A DNA stretch of 64,000 nt from a virus, in the IMG/VR virus record IMGVR_UViG_3300005805_000048; one strand, given 5' to 3'. This document shows, piece after piece, positions 30,548-40,466 of the stretch. A program made the position numbers and the translations under genes. Position 1 is the stretch's first letter. Each line of letters begins with the position of its first letter. The notes beneath the pieces are model-generated. The model saw nothing but the letters and a program-made list of their open reading frames with translations. It had not been told where the DNA came from and made no database searches.

Positions 30548-31063
30548 ATGAATATACACTCGATGCAAAAACTAAACGAGTTGCTAAAACAATTTATAGA
30601 TCCACAAATTCAAGAAATTGTTACCGCCTATGCATCTGGTGATAGGGACTCCGAATACTTTATTACAATTCCAGACACAAATACCCTAGACTTGGGTATA
30701 CATGAGCTGGCTTCACTTGTGGCTAGAACATCAAACGTTTATGGAAGAATAGCAAGATTTGCGGGCATGGCTAGAGCTCAATATAAGCTTATAGAGGGTT
30801 CTTATAAAAGAGTTTATAAAGCAAATAGGGTTGGAAAGAACGAAGCCGAAAGAGAAGCAAATGCACTTGGTGCAGCTGAAGACGAGTACACCGCACTGAT
30901 AACCGCTGAGTCTATTGTTAGCTTGGCAGAATCAATGGAGTCAGCCGCCCGTATCGCATCAGAGTCCGCAAGAAAACTAATCGATAAAGTCCAATCAATG
31001 CAAATCGCAACTGCACGAGAAGAAAAAGGATTTTATAATGATAAAGATTTTAGGACGTATTAA
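30548..31063 (+). CDS. Hypothetical protein
   Basis: 171 aa ORF. Confidence 0.5.
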   Translation: MNIHSMQKLNELLKQFIDPQIQEIVTAYASGDRDSEYFITIPDTNTLDLGIHELASLVARTSNVYGRIARFAGMARAQYKLIEGSYKRVYKANRVGKNEAEREANALGAAEDEYTALITAESIVSLAESMESAARIASESARKLIDKVQSMQIATAREEKGFYNDKDFRTY

Positions 31064-31065
31064 AA

Positions 31066-31272
31066 ATGTATATAGGACACTACAAAGCGGTTGGGTCAGC
31101 TAATGAATTTTTTTCTGAAAAAAGAAAAGAATTAGATTTTCCAACTCAAGTTTTTTACAAAAAGGAAAGATACTCCTTATTTGCTACGCATATGGTAGGT
31201 ACCGCAGGGCAGCAGAAAAATCTAGTCAATAGAGCCAAGCAGCTAAATATAAAAACAAACGTAAAGATATAA
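31066..31272 (+). CDS. Small hypothetical protein
   Basis: 68 aa ORF. Confidence 0.45.
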   Translation: MYIGHYKAVGSANEFFSEKRKELDFPTQVFYKKERYSLFATHMVGTAGQQKNLVNRAKQLNIKTNVKI

Positions 31273-31276
31273 CAAA

Positions 31277-31711
31277 GTGAATATTGAAGTATTTTGCGAT
31301 GGTGCTTCTAGAGGGCAGGGGCAGAAAAAAGTTGGCGAAGCCTCATGCGCCGCTATCGTTTATAAAAACAGAAAAAAAGTTGCACAGTTTGCCAGAGGTC
31401 TTGGCTTAAGGTCTAACAATGAAGCGGAGTTTGAGGCTGTTATATCAGCTCTTTTGATTTGTTCTATGTCTGATTTTTATGATCCGATCATATACACAGA
31501 TTCGGCTGTTGTGGCCAACCAAATAAACGGCAAATGGAAATGCCGAAACAACGCTCTACTCCCCCTGCTTATGACCATTGAAGATATCAGGGAAGAGTTT
31601 AATTTTAAAGTTGTACAAGTCGAAAGAAATTTCGTTTGGGAGCCTGATGAATTATGCAATCAGTTCTTGGATAAGTTAGAAGAGAAGAAGCATAAACAAA
31701 GAAAGTTATGA
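31277..31711 (+). CDS. Ribonuclease H-like protein
   Basis: VFCDGASRGQG, NNEAEFEAVI, YTDSAVVANQINGKW. Confidence 0.85.
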   Translation: MNIEVFCDGASRGQGQKKVGEASCAAIVYKNRKKVAQFARGLGLRSNNEAEFEAVISALLICSMSDFYDPIIYTDSAVVANQINGKWKCRNNALLPLLMTIEDIREEFNFKVVQVERNFVWEPDELCNQFLDKLEEKKHKQRKL

Positions 31712-31723
31712 TATAATTCTGTT

Positions 31724-32515
31724 ATGACAAGTGCGTACAAAGAAAACTTTCCAATAATCATCGGTCTTGCTGGTAAAGCGGGAAGCGGTAAAACATCTGT
31801 TGCGGAGGCAATATGCCCAAAGGGATCTGTTACGTCAGCAGATTCTTCCTCCGTAATATGGCAGCACATATTTTATGCTCTACCACTCTACGAACTAGCT
31901 TCAATAAAGAAAAACATCAAGGGCATAAACGAGCGCTCAAGAAAAATGTACGCAATTCACGATGTTCTTTACGACCTTTATGGTGGTACACCAATTGGTT
32001 TTGTGCCAGATTATGAAGTTTTAACGGCAATGGTGGCGCAAATAGAATCAATGCCAATAGAACCTGAAGGTATAAAGCCTAGAAATTTTTTACAAAAAGC
32101 CGGAGACATATGCAGAGAGCGTAGGGCAACCTGCTTTTCTGATTGGGCTATCATGAAGTCTGTAAAGATGCATAAAAACTATTTGGCTTCACTAGATGAA
32201 GATAGTTCCCCCTCTCCATTTGCAATTATAATTTCTGATGTTAGATTTGAGAATGAAGCCGATTCAATTCTTAAGCAGCCAAACGGAACAATTATTGTTT
32301 TTGATGCTTCTGAAGAAACTTTAAATGATAGAATTATCAAAAGAGATGGTAAGCCACTTTCTGAAGAGCAGAAGAATCATCATTCGGAAAAGCAAATAGA
32401 TATCATTAAGCAGAAAGCCTCATTTATTTTAAATACAGATAACATGTCTCTTGAGGAGCAAGCCTCAAGTACACTTAAACTAATAACAAGCAAACTAGAG
32501 ACAGTAGGAGTCTAA
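31724..32515 (+). CDS. Deoxynucleoside monophosphate kinase-like P-loop protein
   Basis: IIGLAGKAGSGKTSVAEAI; FLQKAGDICRE; IISDVRFENEADSI. Confidence 0.8.
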   Translation: MTSAYKENFPIIIGLAGKAGSGKTSVAEAICPKGSVTSADSSSVIWQHIFYALPLYELASIKKNIKGINERSRKMYAIHDVLYDLYGGTPIGFVPDYEVLTAMVAQIESMPIEPEGIKPRNFLQKAGDICRERRATCFSDWAIMKSVKMHKNYLASLDEDSSPSPFAIIISDVRFENEADSILKQPNGTIIVFDASEETLNDRIIKRDGKPLSEEQKNHHSEKQIDIIKQKASFILNTDNMSLEEQASSTLKLITSKLETVGV

Positions 32516-32516
32516 A

Positions 32517-32834
32517 ATGCCAAAAATAACAGAAAGCGCTACAGAACAATCAGTATCTCCAGCTATTGATGCTGTTGTTTCAACTCACCAAAAACTAACA
32601 GTTAAAACTGAACCGGTCTTAACTGTTGCAGTTGGAAGAAAAATTAACACAGGAAACTTTGAAAATGTAGATGTCCTGGTGTGTTTGACTGTGGGCATGG
32701 AGGGCGCTGACCCCAAAAATGTTGAGGCTTTTTCAGAAGCAGTAAAAGAGGCAGCAGCCCAAACGTTTGCCTTGGCTTCAAGAGAAACCGCCGAAAGATA
32801 TAATCTTATAAAAGAGGCTCAGCAGGGTCGATAA
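32517..32834 (+). CDS. Hypothetical protein
   Basis: 105 aa ORF. Confidence 0.5.
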   Translation: MPKITESATEQSVSPAIDAVVSTHQKLTVKTEPVLTVAVGRKINTGNFENVDVLVCLTVGMEGADPKNVEAFSEAVKEAAAQTFALASRETAERYNLIKEAQQGR

Positions 32835-32900
32835 TTTGCATTTTACTAATATGAGCGATACTATATAAACATACTCAATTTAAAATAAAGAGGTACAAAC

Positions 32901-33137
32901 ATGAAAAAATTAATATCATCACTTAAAAAGCTATTAGGTAAGCCAGAGGTTGTAGTGCTTAAGTCAGCAGTTAGTGACGCCGCACAAAAAGCCGCACAAG
33001 ATGTTGCTGCTTCTGCCAAAAAGGCCGCCGAAGAAGTAGCAAAGTCCGCAGAGAAAGCGGTTGATTCAGCTGTTGATTCAGTGAAGAAGGCAGCTAAGAA
33101 ACCAGCTACAAAGAAAACCGTTAAGAAGACGAAGTAA
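32901..33137 (+). CDS. Small Ala/Lys-rich histone H1-like protein
   Basis: AAQKAAQDVAASAKKAAEEVAKSAEKAVDSAVDSVKKAAKKPATKKTVKKTK. Confidence 0.6.
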   Translation: MKKLISSLKKLLGKPEVVVLKSAVSDAAQKAAQDVAASAKKAAEEVAKSAEKAVDSAVDSVKKAAKKPATKKTVKKTK

Positions 33138-33199
33138 TGTCCCTTGCTAAAGCAAGAAAATCTTCTAAGGGTAAAGCTCCAAAACCTTCTAAATAAGAT

Positions 33200-33340
33200 A
33201 TGGCATTTAAAGGAAATATCTATATTAGTGGTCCAAGAATGGGGACTAACAATTCAAATAAAGGTATTGAGCTGGCAAATAAAAAGACTAGATCAAAAAA
33301 ACGAAAAGGTAAAAAAGTAAATGGCAATAAAAAAAGGTAA
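33200..33340 (+). CDS. Small basic protein
   Basis: MAFKGNIYISGPRMGTNNSNKGIELANKKTRSKKRKGKKVNGNKKR. Confidence 0.45.
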   Translation: MAFKGNIYISGPRMGTNNSNKGIELANKKTRSKKRKGKKVNGNKKR

Positions 33341-33597
33341 GGAAACTTTTGCTCGGCTACAACAAACCGAAGCGTACTCCTAATCATCCAAAGAAAAGCC
33401 ATGCCGTGTTAGCCAAAAGCGGATCTCAGGTAAAACTTATCCGATTTGGTCAACAAGGTGTTTCTGGTTCACCAAAGAAAAAGGGTGAGTCAGCTTCATA
33501 CCGAAAGCGTCGTGAGTCATTTAAAGCACGTCATGCAAAGAATATAAAAAAGGGCGTAATGTCCGCAGCTTATTGGGCTGATCGAGTTAAGTGGTAA
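33321..33597 (+). CDS. Small basic protein, joined across a +1 shift at CGG 33354-33356 (MAIKKGKETFA-[CGGC=G]-YNKPKRTPNHPKKSHAVLAKSG..)
   Basis: Zero frame stops 8 codons after CGG; +1 frame joins ORF 33349..33597. Length 277 = 3n+1. Confidence 0.75.
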
Positions 33598-33602
33598 ATT
33601 AT

Positions 33603-33716
33603 ATGTCAAAATACGTTAAGGTAACTTCTACAGAAATAAAAACAGAACCTGAAAAAGAAGTTGAAAAAAAATCTTCAACTAAAAAAACAACTAAGAAAAA
33701 AACTAAGGAGAAGTAA
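33603..33716 (+). CDS. Tiny Lys-rich protein
   Basis: MSKYVKVTSTEIKTEPEKEVEKKSSTKKTTKKKTKEK. Confidence 0.4.
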   Translation: MSKYVKVTSTEIKTEPEKEVEKKSSTKKTTKKKTKEK

Positions 33717-33985
33717 TCATGAAAAAAATGATGAAAAACGAAAAGAAAATGATGGGTGGCAAGAAAATGAAGCCAGCCAAGAAGATGTCGAATAAGAAGA
33801 TGTCGCCAAAGAAAAAGATGGGATACTAATCATGGCAATGAAGAAAAAGCCCATGAAGAAGGCACCAGCAAAAAAGGCTGGCGCAAAGATGAGTGGTCTC
33901 ACACCCGCTCAGCAGAAACTTCCCCCATTCATCAAAGCTGCAATAGCTAAGAAGAAAAAGAAGAAGTAATTTAATCGGTCCGTTA

Positions 33986-34159
33986 TGGCCAAGAAAAAAA
34001 CTTCTTATCAAAAAAAGATAAGCAAAGTTATGGATGAGTTCGGCAAAGGAACTCTCCACTCTGGTAAAGGTGGACCGATAGTAAAATCTAGAAAGCAGGC
34101 AATTGCGATTGCGATTTCTTCTGCTGAAAAAAACAAGAGAAAAAGAAAGAAGAAATAAA
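33986..34159 (+). CDS. Small basic protein
   Basis: MAKKKTSYQKKISKVMDEFGKGTLHSGKGGPIVKSRKQAIAIAISSAEKNKRKRKKK; phage-type KSRKQAIAIA motif. Confidence 0.6.
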
Positions 34160-34982
34160 ATGAGCAAGGTAGAATGGGATATCATTGTTCCGGTAAAGCA
34201 GCCGGCAGATCTAAAGGGAACTGTGCCAGGCAAGCTGCCAGAATCACTTCTTCGTCCGGCAGTTGGTGGTGGCAAGCTGCACTGGCTTTGCGCCGCTGCT
34301 TGGGCTGCAATGGTAGAAGCCGCAAAGGCAGATGGTGTTGAGCTTAAGCCGGTATCCGCTGGCGACACTTATAGAACCTATGAGTCACAGCTTACTGCGT
34401 TTAAACAGCGCTATACCACCACTCCAAATGCAAACGCAACGCGTACATTTGAAGGTAAGAAGTGGTATAAGAAAGATCCCAAGCTAGCTTCTCTTGCAGC
34501 TCCAGGTACTAGTCAGCACAATACTCGGACTGGCCGTTGACGTTCATACAGCCGCAGAGCCCAAGCGTCTAAAGTGGCTAATAGCCAATGTTCGCAAATT
34601 TGGATTTAGCTGGGAAGTTGTTCCAGAAGAACCATGGCACCTGCGCTATACCGAGGGTGATAATCCGCCAGCAGCTGTAGCTGAATATATGGCTAAGAAT
34701 AATATCCAAAAACCATCTGGAGCTCCAGCACCCGCAGCAAATGTTGCAGAGACAGCGGATGTAAAGGATGATGGTGGAGATCTTGATCCAGGTGATAGTG
34801 GACCAAGAGTCACCAAACTTCAGGAGGAATTGGCTGAACGCGGCTTTTATAAGGGAGCCTTTGATGGTCAATTCGGAGCCAAAACAGTTGAGGCTGTTTT
34901 AGCATACAAGAAGTCAAAGGGTTTCGGTGAAGGACCAAAAGCTGGTAAGCGCGTTTTGGACGATCTAGGTATCGGCGCATAG
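34160..34982 (+). CDS. VanY-type D,D-carboxypeptidase + peptidoglycan-binding domain (endolysin candidate), joined across a +1 shift at CGG 34526-34528 (..APGTSQHNT-[CGGA=G]-LAVDVHTAAEPKRLKWL..)
   Basis: SxHxxGxAxDV metal-binding motif and FGFSWEVVPEEPWHLRY lie in different frames and are reunited by the join; PG_binding-like LQEELAERGFYKGAFDGQFGAKTVEAV. Length 823 = 3n+1. Confidence 0.9.
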
Positions 34983-35290
34983 TGATGGAAGCTATAATCG
35001 TAGCCCTCATAGGTGTCGTCGGTTCAATTCTTGCTATCCTTGTTGAGAAGGGTAGAAAAGAAAACGCTAGAGATCATGGAATTGTAGCAGACAAGCTGGA
35101 GATAATTAAAGGTGCCCTTGAAGATATCGACAGCGACGTTGCGCATATAGAATCTAAATTAGACAACCATCTTAGCGATCACGTAGCTGCAAGCTTAGGC
35201 GGTTTTGATTTAGATGATTTAAAATTTAAGACTGGTGAAAGAGTGAAAGATAAGAAAAAGGCAAAGAAAAATGGCAGCAAAAAAAGATAA
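34982..35290 (+). CDS. Small membrane protein (holin-like candidate)
   Basis: EAIIVALIGVVGSILAILVEKG N-terminal TM, charged C-terminus, directly downstream of the endolysin. Confidence 0.5.
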   Translation: MMEAIIVALIGVVGSILAILVEKGRKENARDHGIVADKLEIIKGALEDIDSDVAHIESKLDNHLSDHVAASLGGFDLDDLKFKTGERVKDKKKAKKNGSKKR

Positions 35291-35480
35291 GAAGTGGATT
35301 CAGGGAGCGATAAAAAGGCCTGGTGCTTTTACAAAAAAAGCAAAGAAAGCTGGAAAGTCAGTGGCAGGAATGGCAGCCGCAGTAACCAAAAACCCTGGCA
35401 GATACAGCGATACAACAGTTCGCCAAGCAAACTTAGCAAAGACGTTAAGAAAGATTGGCAAGAAGAGAAAGAAAAAATAA
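35271..35480 (+). CDS. Small Lys-rich protein
   Basis: MAAKKDKKWIQGAIKRPGAFTKKAKKAG... Confidence 0.55.
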   Translation: MAAKKDKKWIQGAIKRPGAFTKKAKKAGKSVAGMAAAVTKNPGRYSDTTVRQANLAKTLRKIGKKRKKK

Positions 35481-35677
35481 TGAATAGTTGTCACAATCCG
35501 ACTCATCACACGCACAATGGCGAGCCATGCCATCAGGAAAAACAACGTTGCGAGTGCGGTCATCACAATCCACACGACCACCATTTTCACCTGAACAAGC
35601 ATAAGTTAAAGGGCCTAGCTTTAAACGCACTTTATCTTGGTCTTCATTTGGTTACAATTTATCTTTTGGTAAAATAA
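35478..35677 (+). CDS. Small His/Cys-rich protein
   Basis: MNSCHNPTHHTHNGEPCHQEKQRCECGHHNPHDHHFH... Confidence 0.5.
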
Positions 35678-35680
35678 TTT

Positions 35681-35863
35681 ATGGCAAAAATTAACAAGCC
35701 CACCAAACCGGCGCTCTGGTCCAGCGCTAAATCCCAAGCTAAGGCTAAGTTCGATGTATACCCAAGTGCGTATGCAAATGCCTGGGCTGTAAAGAAATAC
35801 AAAGCCATGGGTGGTGGCTGGAAAACGGTTTCCACAAAGAAGGCTAAGAGAAAGAAAAAGTAA
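35681..35863 (+). CDS. Small Lys-rich protein
   Basis: 60 aa; AYANAWAVKKYKAMGGGWK. Confidence 0.55.
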   Translation: MAKINKPTKPALWSSAKSQAKAKFDVYPSAYANAWAVKKYKAMGGGWKTVSTKKAKRKKK

Positions 35864-36147
35864 TGCCCGGCCCAAAAGGTGTTGGTTTAACAAAGTGGTT
35901 TAATCAACGTTGGGTTAACATCGGTGCACCAAAAAAGAAGGGCAAATTCCAACCCTGTGGTACATCGGGAGCTAATGGATCTGGTTATGCAAAGTGCGTG
36001 CCTGTGTCTAAAGCTAGGTCAATGTCTGCTGCTCAAAGAAAGAGTGCAGTGCAGAGAAAGAGGGCATCGGGAACTCCGCAAAAGGGAGTTAAAGGGCAAG
36101 CTCCAAAAAATGTTTCTACCTTCAGTAAAAAAAGGAAAAAAAAGTAA
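35863..36147 (+). CDS. Small basic protein
   Basis: 94 aa; KGVGLTKWFNQRWVNIGAPKKKGKFQPCG... Confidence 0.6.
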   Translation: MPGPKGVGLTKWFNQRWVNIGAPKKKGKFQPCGTSGANGSGYAKCVPVSKARSMSAAQRKSAVQRKRASGTPQKGVKGQAPKNVSTFSKKRKKK

Positions 36148-36428
36148 TGGCTCTTCAGCACTCGTTAATTACACTTAATTCAAGTACTCCCACACTCCTC
36201 ACGATATCCGGGGACACCATTGGGAGTCTCCATCTTACCGTACAGAATGTGAGCGATTCGGCAATAGTCTATCTGGGTACGAGTGCAGTTACAGGTAGCG
36301 ACTTTGCATTTAGATTAGATCCCGGCGCAATAATATCGATTGATGCGTTGAGAAAAGACACAGAAATATACGGCATCAGCAACACGAATAATACCTCTGT
36401 GGCAGTAGCTAAATTTATTTTTTCATGA
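36147..36428 (+). CDS. Small structural-type protein
   Basis: 93 aa beta-rich ORF. Confidence 0.45.
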   Translation: MALQHSLITLNSSTPTLLTISGDTIGSLHLTVQNVSDSAIVYLGTSAVTGSDFAFRLDPGAIISIDALRKDTEIYGISNTNNTSVAVAKFIFS

Positions 36429-36907
36429 GAGTAACTTGGTCTAACCCATCGTTGGTCTATCCTAGAAAAATTAGGTGGACTCCAGACTTCACTGCTACTG
36501 GTTTATCGTTTACTGGTAGCAATTCAACACACCCGTGTTACAATAGCTACTATATTAAGATCGGTCAATTGGTTACCTTCTCTATAAAAATAAATATGTC
36601 TACAGTAACCAACTTTGGCACTGGACAATTTAAAACAGAATTACCATTTACTCCAGCGGCGGATACGATAAATCACTTTCCTGCCTGGTGCTGGGTAGAT
36701 CCAAGTCAACCAGCTGACGAACTAAATGGTCATATAATACTGCAGGCAGATCATCTACCTTCTGATAAAGTTCTTGACATACACTGGCTTAAGGAAACCA
36801 CGGCAATGCCAAAGCCGGTTATCGAAAGTTTATTCCTACAAGGATCGCCAGTTACTTTAACTACATCAAGTTTAATTTATATTAATGGATCATATATATC
36901 AATTTGA
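36425..36907 (+). CDS. Hypothetical structural-type protein
   Basis: 160 aa ORF. Confidence 0.45.
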   Translation: MRVTWSNPSLVYPRKIRWTPDFTATGLSFTGSNSTHPCYNSYYIKIGQLVTFSIKINMSTVTNFGTGQFKTELPFTPAADTINHFPAWCWVDPSQPADELNGHIILQADHLPSDKVLDIHWLKETTAMPKPVIESLFLQGSPVTLTTSSLIYINGSYISI

Positions 36908-37198
36908 TGTGATATAATAATTTGATGGACGATTCAAATGTTTTTGATGGCTTTATGCCATCGATCATAGATATCTCTATATCTAAACCAACTTCGTCTA
37001 TAACTACAACTGGCGATCTTACTTCTGTTCACTGTGTCACAATCACTACCGCAGATAAAAAAAAGTATGTTTTTAGCATGGCGCCAACAGATATGTATAA
37101 GTTATATTTTTTACTGATTAAGGTTTTGATATAAGAACACTAAATCGATTGCGCTAATATGTTGGCTAGACTTATCTGGTAAGTGCTATAATGTTTGG

Positions 37199-37906
37199 AT
37201 GACTCCTAAAGCGTCTATTATAATCACTTCCTACAATCAACCATTTTTTTTAAAACAATGTATAGATTCATGTCTTTCTCAAACATACGAAAATATAGAA
37301 GTAATAATTGCTGACGATAATTCTTCCAAAGAAGAAGTTTGGAATATTATTCATTCTTATTCTGATCCAAGAATAATTAGTTTTAATTCTGGGGTTAGAG
37401 AGGAGGACAGGCTTAAAACAGCACGATACGCAACTCAAATAAATACTGCGGTGAGAAAGTATTCAACTGGAAAATACCTTTTTTATCTACCAGATGATGA
37501 TTTATTTTACCCAGATAAGGTTAAAATGCACATAGAGCACGCGGAAAAGTATTCATACGATGTTGTTTACGGTGCACAGCATTTTATAGATGTGAATGGA
37601 AATGTGGCTGGTACAAGGTATGATGGTACTGGTGAAAATTCTGGAAGAGTTTTAGATCGTGGTCATGGTATATTGGATCATAGTCAAGTTATGACAACCA
37701 GAAAGGCGTACGATATTGTTGGCGGTTGGCAAGACGACCCTGGAATGTGGGGCGGTGCAGACGCGTTCTTTTGGGATAGATTAAGCGACGCAGGGTATAA
37801 GTTTTATCCACTTCCTTTTGTCTGCCTTTCTGCAAAAAGATATAGAGAGCATTCTGTACAGTGGAACATATCGCAAAATCTTGACCCCAATAATGGGTTC
37901 CAGTAA
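37199..37906 (+). CDS. Family 2 glycosyltransferase
   Basis: ASIIITSYNQPFFLKQCIDSCLSQTYENIEVIIADDNSS. Confidence 0.9.
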   Translation: MTPKASIIITSYNQPFFLKQCIDSCLSQTYENIEVIIADDNSSKEEVWNIIHSYSDPRIISFNSGVREEDRLKTARYATQINTAVRKYSTGKYLFYLPDDDLFYPDKVKMHIEHAEKYSYDVVYGAQHFIDVNGNVAGTRYDGTGENSGRVLDRGHGILDHSQVMTTRKAYDIVGGWQDDPGMWGGADAFFWDRLSDAGYKFYPLPFVCLSAKRYREHSVQWNISQNLDPNNGFQ

Positions 37907-38796
37907 TGAATCCAAAAATAGTAGCTGTTTGTGGAGCGCATACAGCTTCTGGTGGTCCTGAAGCTGTACACCAGCTGGTTGATATGGCCAACCAAATAGA
38001 GTCTGGATCAGCAGCTATCTGCTATGTCCCTTGTGAACAGAAGCATTCTGTAACAAGAGAATATCAGAGTTATAATATACCAACGATAACAAAAAAAGAT
38101 ATTCCAGATAAATGCGTAGTTATACTACCAGAATCTTTACCCGGTATGGTTTCTTATTTCCATCAGCGCTGCGCACTATGGTGGTTATCTGTTGATAATT
38201 TTGGTTTAAATGAAATTCATACTTTAGATAAATTTATTTTTCATTTGTCCCAGTCATATTACTCTTCTGAGTTTGTAAATAATCTTGGTTTTAAAACACA
38301 TAATTTATCTGATTATATAAATGAAATTTTTATAGATGACATAAGGTTCGATAAACAAAAAAATATTACTACCAACCCAGCAAAAGGTATAAATTTAATA
38401 AATAATTTTATGTCTAAGAATCCAAATATAAATACTATTTTTATTTCTGGTATGTCAAAAGAAGAGATAAAAAAAGTTCTTCAAGAATCAATGATTTATA
38501 TAGATTTTGGACATCACCCCGGTAAAGATAGAATACCCAGAGAAGCCGCTTTAGCTGGCGCTATTGTATTAGCTCATTTAAAGGGTTCGGCAAAAAATTC
38601 TGTTGATATACCTATAGATGATTTTTACAAGTTTGATAATATAGAAGTATTGTCTGAAAAAATAAATAACATTTTTGCAGATTATGAATTTCACAAAAAT
38701 GCTCAAGTAAATTACTGTGAAATAATTAAACAAGAAAAAGAAACATTTAAACAAGAAGTTATTAATCTTCTTAATATAGTTAAGGATTTAAATTAA
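37906..38796 (+). CDS. Glycosyltransferase-like protein
   Basis: IYIDFGHHPGKDRIPREAALAGAIVLAH, a GT4-like C-terminal segment. Confidence 0.65.
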   Translation: MNPKIVAVCGAHTASGGPEAVHQLVDMANQIESGSAAICYVPCEQKHSVTREYQSYNIPTITKKDIPDKCVVILPESLPGMVSYFHQRCALWWLSVDNFGLNEIHTLDKFIFHLSQSYYSSEFVNNLGFKTHNLSDYINEIFIDDIRFDKQKNITTNPAKGINLINNFMSKNPNINTIFISGMSKEEIKKVLQESMIYIDFGHHPGKDRIPREAALAGAIVLAHLKGSAKNSVDIPIDDFYKFDNIEVLSEKINNIFADYEFHKNAQVNYCEIIKQEKETFKQEVINLLNIVKDLN

Positions 38797-39518
38797 TGGA
38801 TAATATTCTAAAATTAAAAGAAATGTTTTCATCAATACCGGTAAAAAAAATAAAAGATAAAGAATTTTTAGAAAACAATCTAATATTAGAACTTGGTTTA
38901 AATAATGAAAATCTCAATGAACAACCAAAAGAGCTTTCTGAATACTTTGGTGGAGGACTTGGTTTGCGTATATGGCAATATCCTAATCAATTTTCTAAAT
39001 ATCTAGTTGAGCTCTCTAAGCACGCTAAAAAAATAAACTCTTACCTAGAAATAGGGTGCAGGCACGGTGGAACTTTTATATTGACTACTGAGTTTCTTAG
39101 GCGTTTAAATTCATCTTTCGCTAATTCCACAGCTATTGATATAATACCTTTACCGGATCTTTTATCGTTTTATTTATCAAGCTCTCCATACGCTAATTTT
39201 ATTCAAATTGATTCTTCTTCAAGTTATTTTAAAACTTTTATTCAAAGTAATTTTTTTGACTTGGTTTTTATAGATGGTAATCATGAATATGATTTTGTAA
39301 AAAAAGATGCCGAGTTGACGAGAGACTTTTGTAATATACAAGTTTTTCACGATACCGTAAACGACGCTTGCCCAGGAGTGGGAATGTATTGGAATGAACT
39401 TAAGGAAACGCACAGCAGTTTGTATAATTTTTTTGATTTTATGGATCAATATGACTCGGTAAACGGAAATTTTTTAGGGATTGGACTTGCTATAAGGAAA
39501 CAATTTATAGTACACTAG
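38796..39518 (+). CDS. SAM-dependent methyltransferase-like protein
   Basis: YLEIGCRHGGTFI ... FDLVFIDGNHEYDFVKKDAEL ... VFHDTVND. Confidence 0.75.
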   Translation: MDNILKLKEMFSSIPVKKIKDKEFLENNLILELGLNNENLNEQPKELSEYFGGGLGLRIWQYPNQFSKYLVELSKHAKKINSYLEIGCRHGGTFILTTEFLRRLNSSFANSTAIDIIPLPDLLSFYLSSSPYANFIQIDSSSSYFKTFIQSNFFDLVFIDGNHEYDFVKKDAELTRDFCNIQVFHDTVNDACPGVGMYWNELKETHSSLYNFFDFMDQYDSVNGNFLGIGLAIRKQFIVH

Positions 39519-39604
39519 TATCACGAAGTCAGATGGTCATTGGTTTCTATGGAATTACATGGTATAATGGGTTCCACGGAGGCCAGTGATTCCCTTGAGC
39601 TACA

Positions 39605-39650
39605 GCTTGGGGGAGTGGTAGAGGTTAATTTGCCACTCCCCCAAAGCTTA
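39605..39650 (+). terminator. Hairpin terminator candidate
   Basis: agcttgggggagtgg ... ccactcccccaaagct near-perfect inverted repeat. Confidence 0.6.
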
Positions 39651-39666
39651 TGATAATATTAATACC

Positions 39667-40464
39667 ATGAACTATCGTATCATTTCAGGAAATGACTTGG
39701 GAGAAATACCCCCTACGCCACTAATCCCGCTTTCAGAAAATTGCGAAGTATCTAACGCCAAAAAGGTTTTATTAAACACAGCAAAAGCTTACGGATATCC
39801 GATAAGCTTTATCCAAGAACAAGAAGGTGTTTTAATACAAAACATTTTACCTGTGTTTAAAACAGAATTTGAACAGATATCTACATCTTCAAAAATTGAA
39901 TTAGCGCTACATACTGAAACAGCTTTTCATCCCCACAAGCCAGACTATGTGTTACTCTTATGCTTAAGGGGTGATCCTACTGCTGTAACCACTTTAGCTG
40001 ACGTAGATGAAATATGCCTTGAGTTTGATGAGGCAACTGTCAACTGCTTATTGCAGCCTTGGTATACAACTGATGTCGATAAATCTTTTAGAAAAAATGA
40101 CGAAGAATACAAGAGTGTAGTTACTCCAATTCTTTACAGAAGACCAGATATTGACGGGCTATGCTGTGTGTATGATTATCATTTTATGAAAGGAACAAAT
40201 GACTTTGCTCAGATGGCATTAGATCTATTCAGAGATTCGGTTGAAAAAAACATAAAAGAGATTGTTCTTAATGATGGAGACCTGCTTGTTATAAACAATA
40301 ATAAAATTGTTCACGGAAGAAAACCTTTTCAACCAAGATATGATGGGACAGATAGGTGGGTTCAAAGACTTTTGGTAAAGAAAAGTATTGAGGATATTCA
40401 AGATTTAGAAAAGATAATAGTTGATGGGTTTGATACATTCTTAATTAAGACTCCACTGGACTAA
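39667..40464 (+). CDS. TauD/TfdA-like 2OG-Fe(II) dioxygenase
   Basis: HTETAFHPHKPDYVLLLCLRGD ... NNNKIVHGRKPFQPRYDGTDRWVQRL. Confidence 0.8.
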   Translation: MNYRIISGNDLGEIPPTPLIPLSENCEVSNAKKVLLNTAKAYGYPISFIQEQEGVLIQNILPVFKTEFEQISTSSKIELALHTETAFHPHKPDYVLLLCLRGDPTAVTTLADVDEICLEFDEATVNCLLQPWYTTDVDKSFRKNDEEYKSVVTPILYRRPDIDGLCCVYDYHFMKGTNDFAQMALDLFRDSVEKNIKEIVLNDGDLLVINNNKIVHGRKPFQPRYDGTDRWVQRLLVKKSIEDIQDLEKIIVDGFDTFLIKTPLD

Positions 40465-40466
40465 GA

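Noticed and set aside
30167-30568. 133-aa minus-strand ORF opposite the sigma-like gene
   Set aside because: Antisense shadow; the plus-strand HTH/region-4-like sequence is recognisable and the gene packing is plus-strand.
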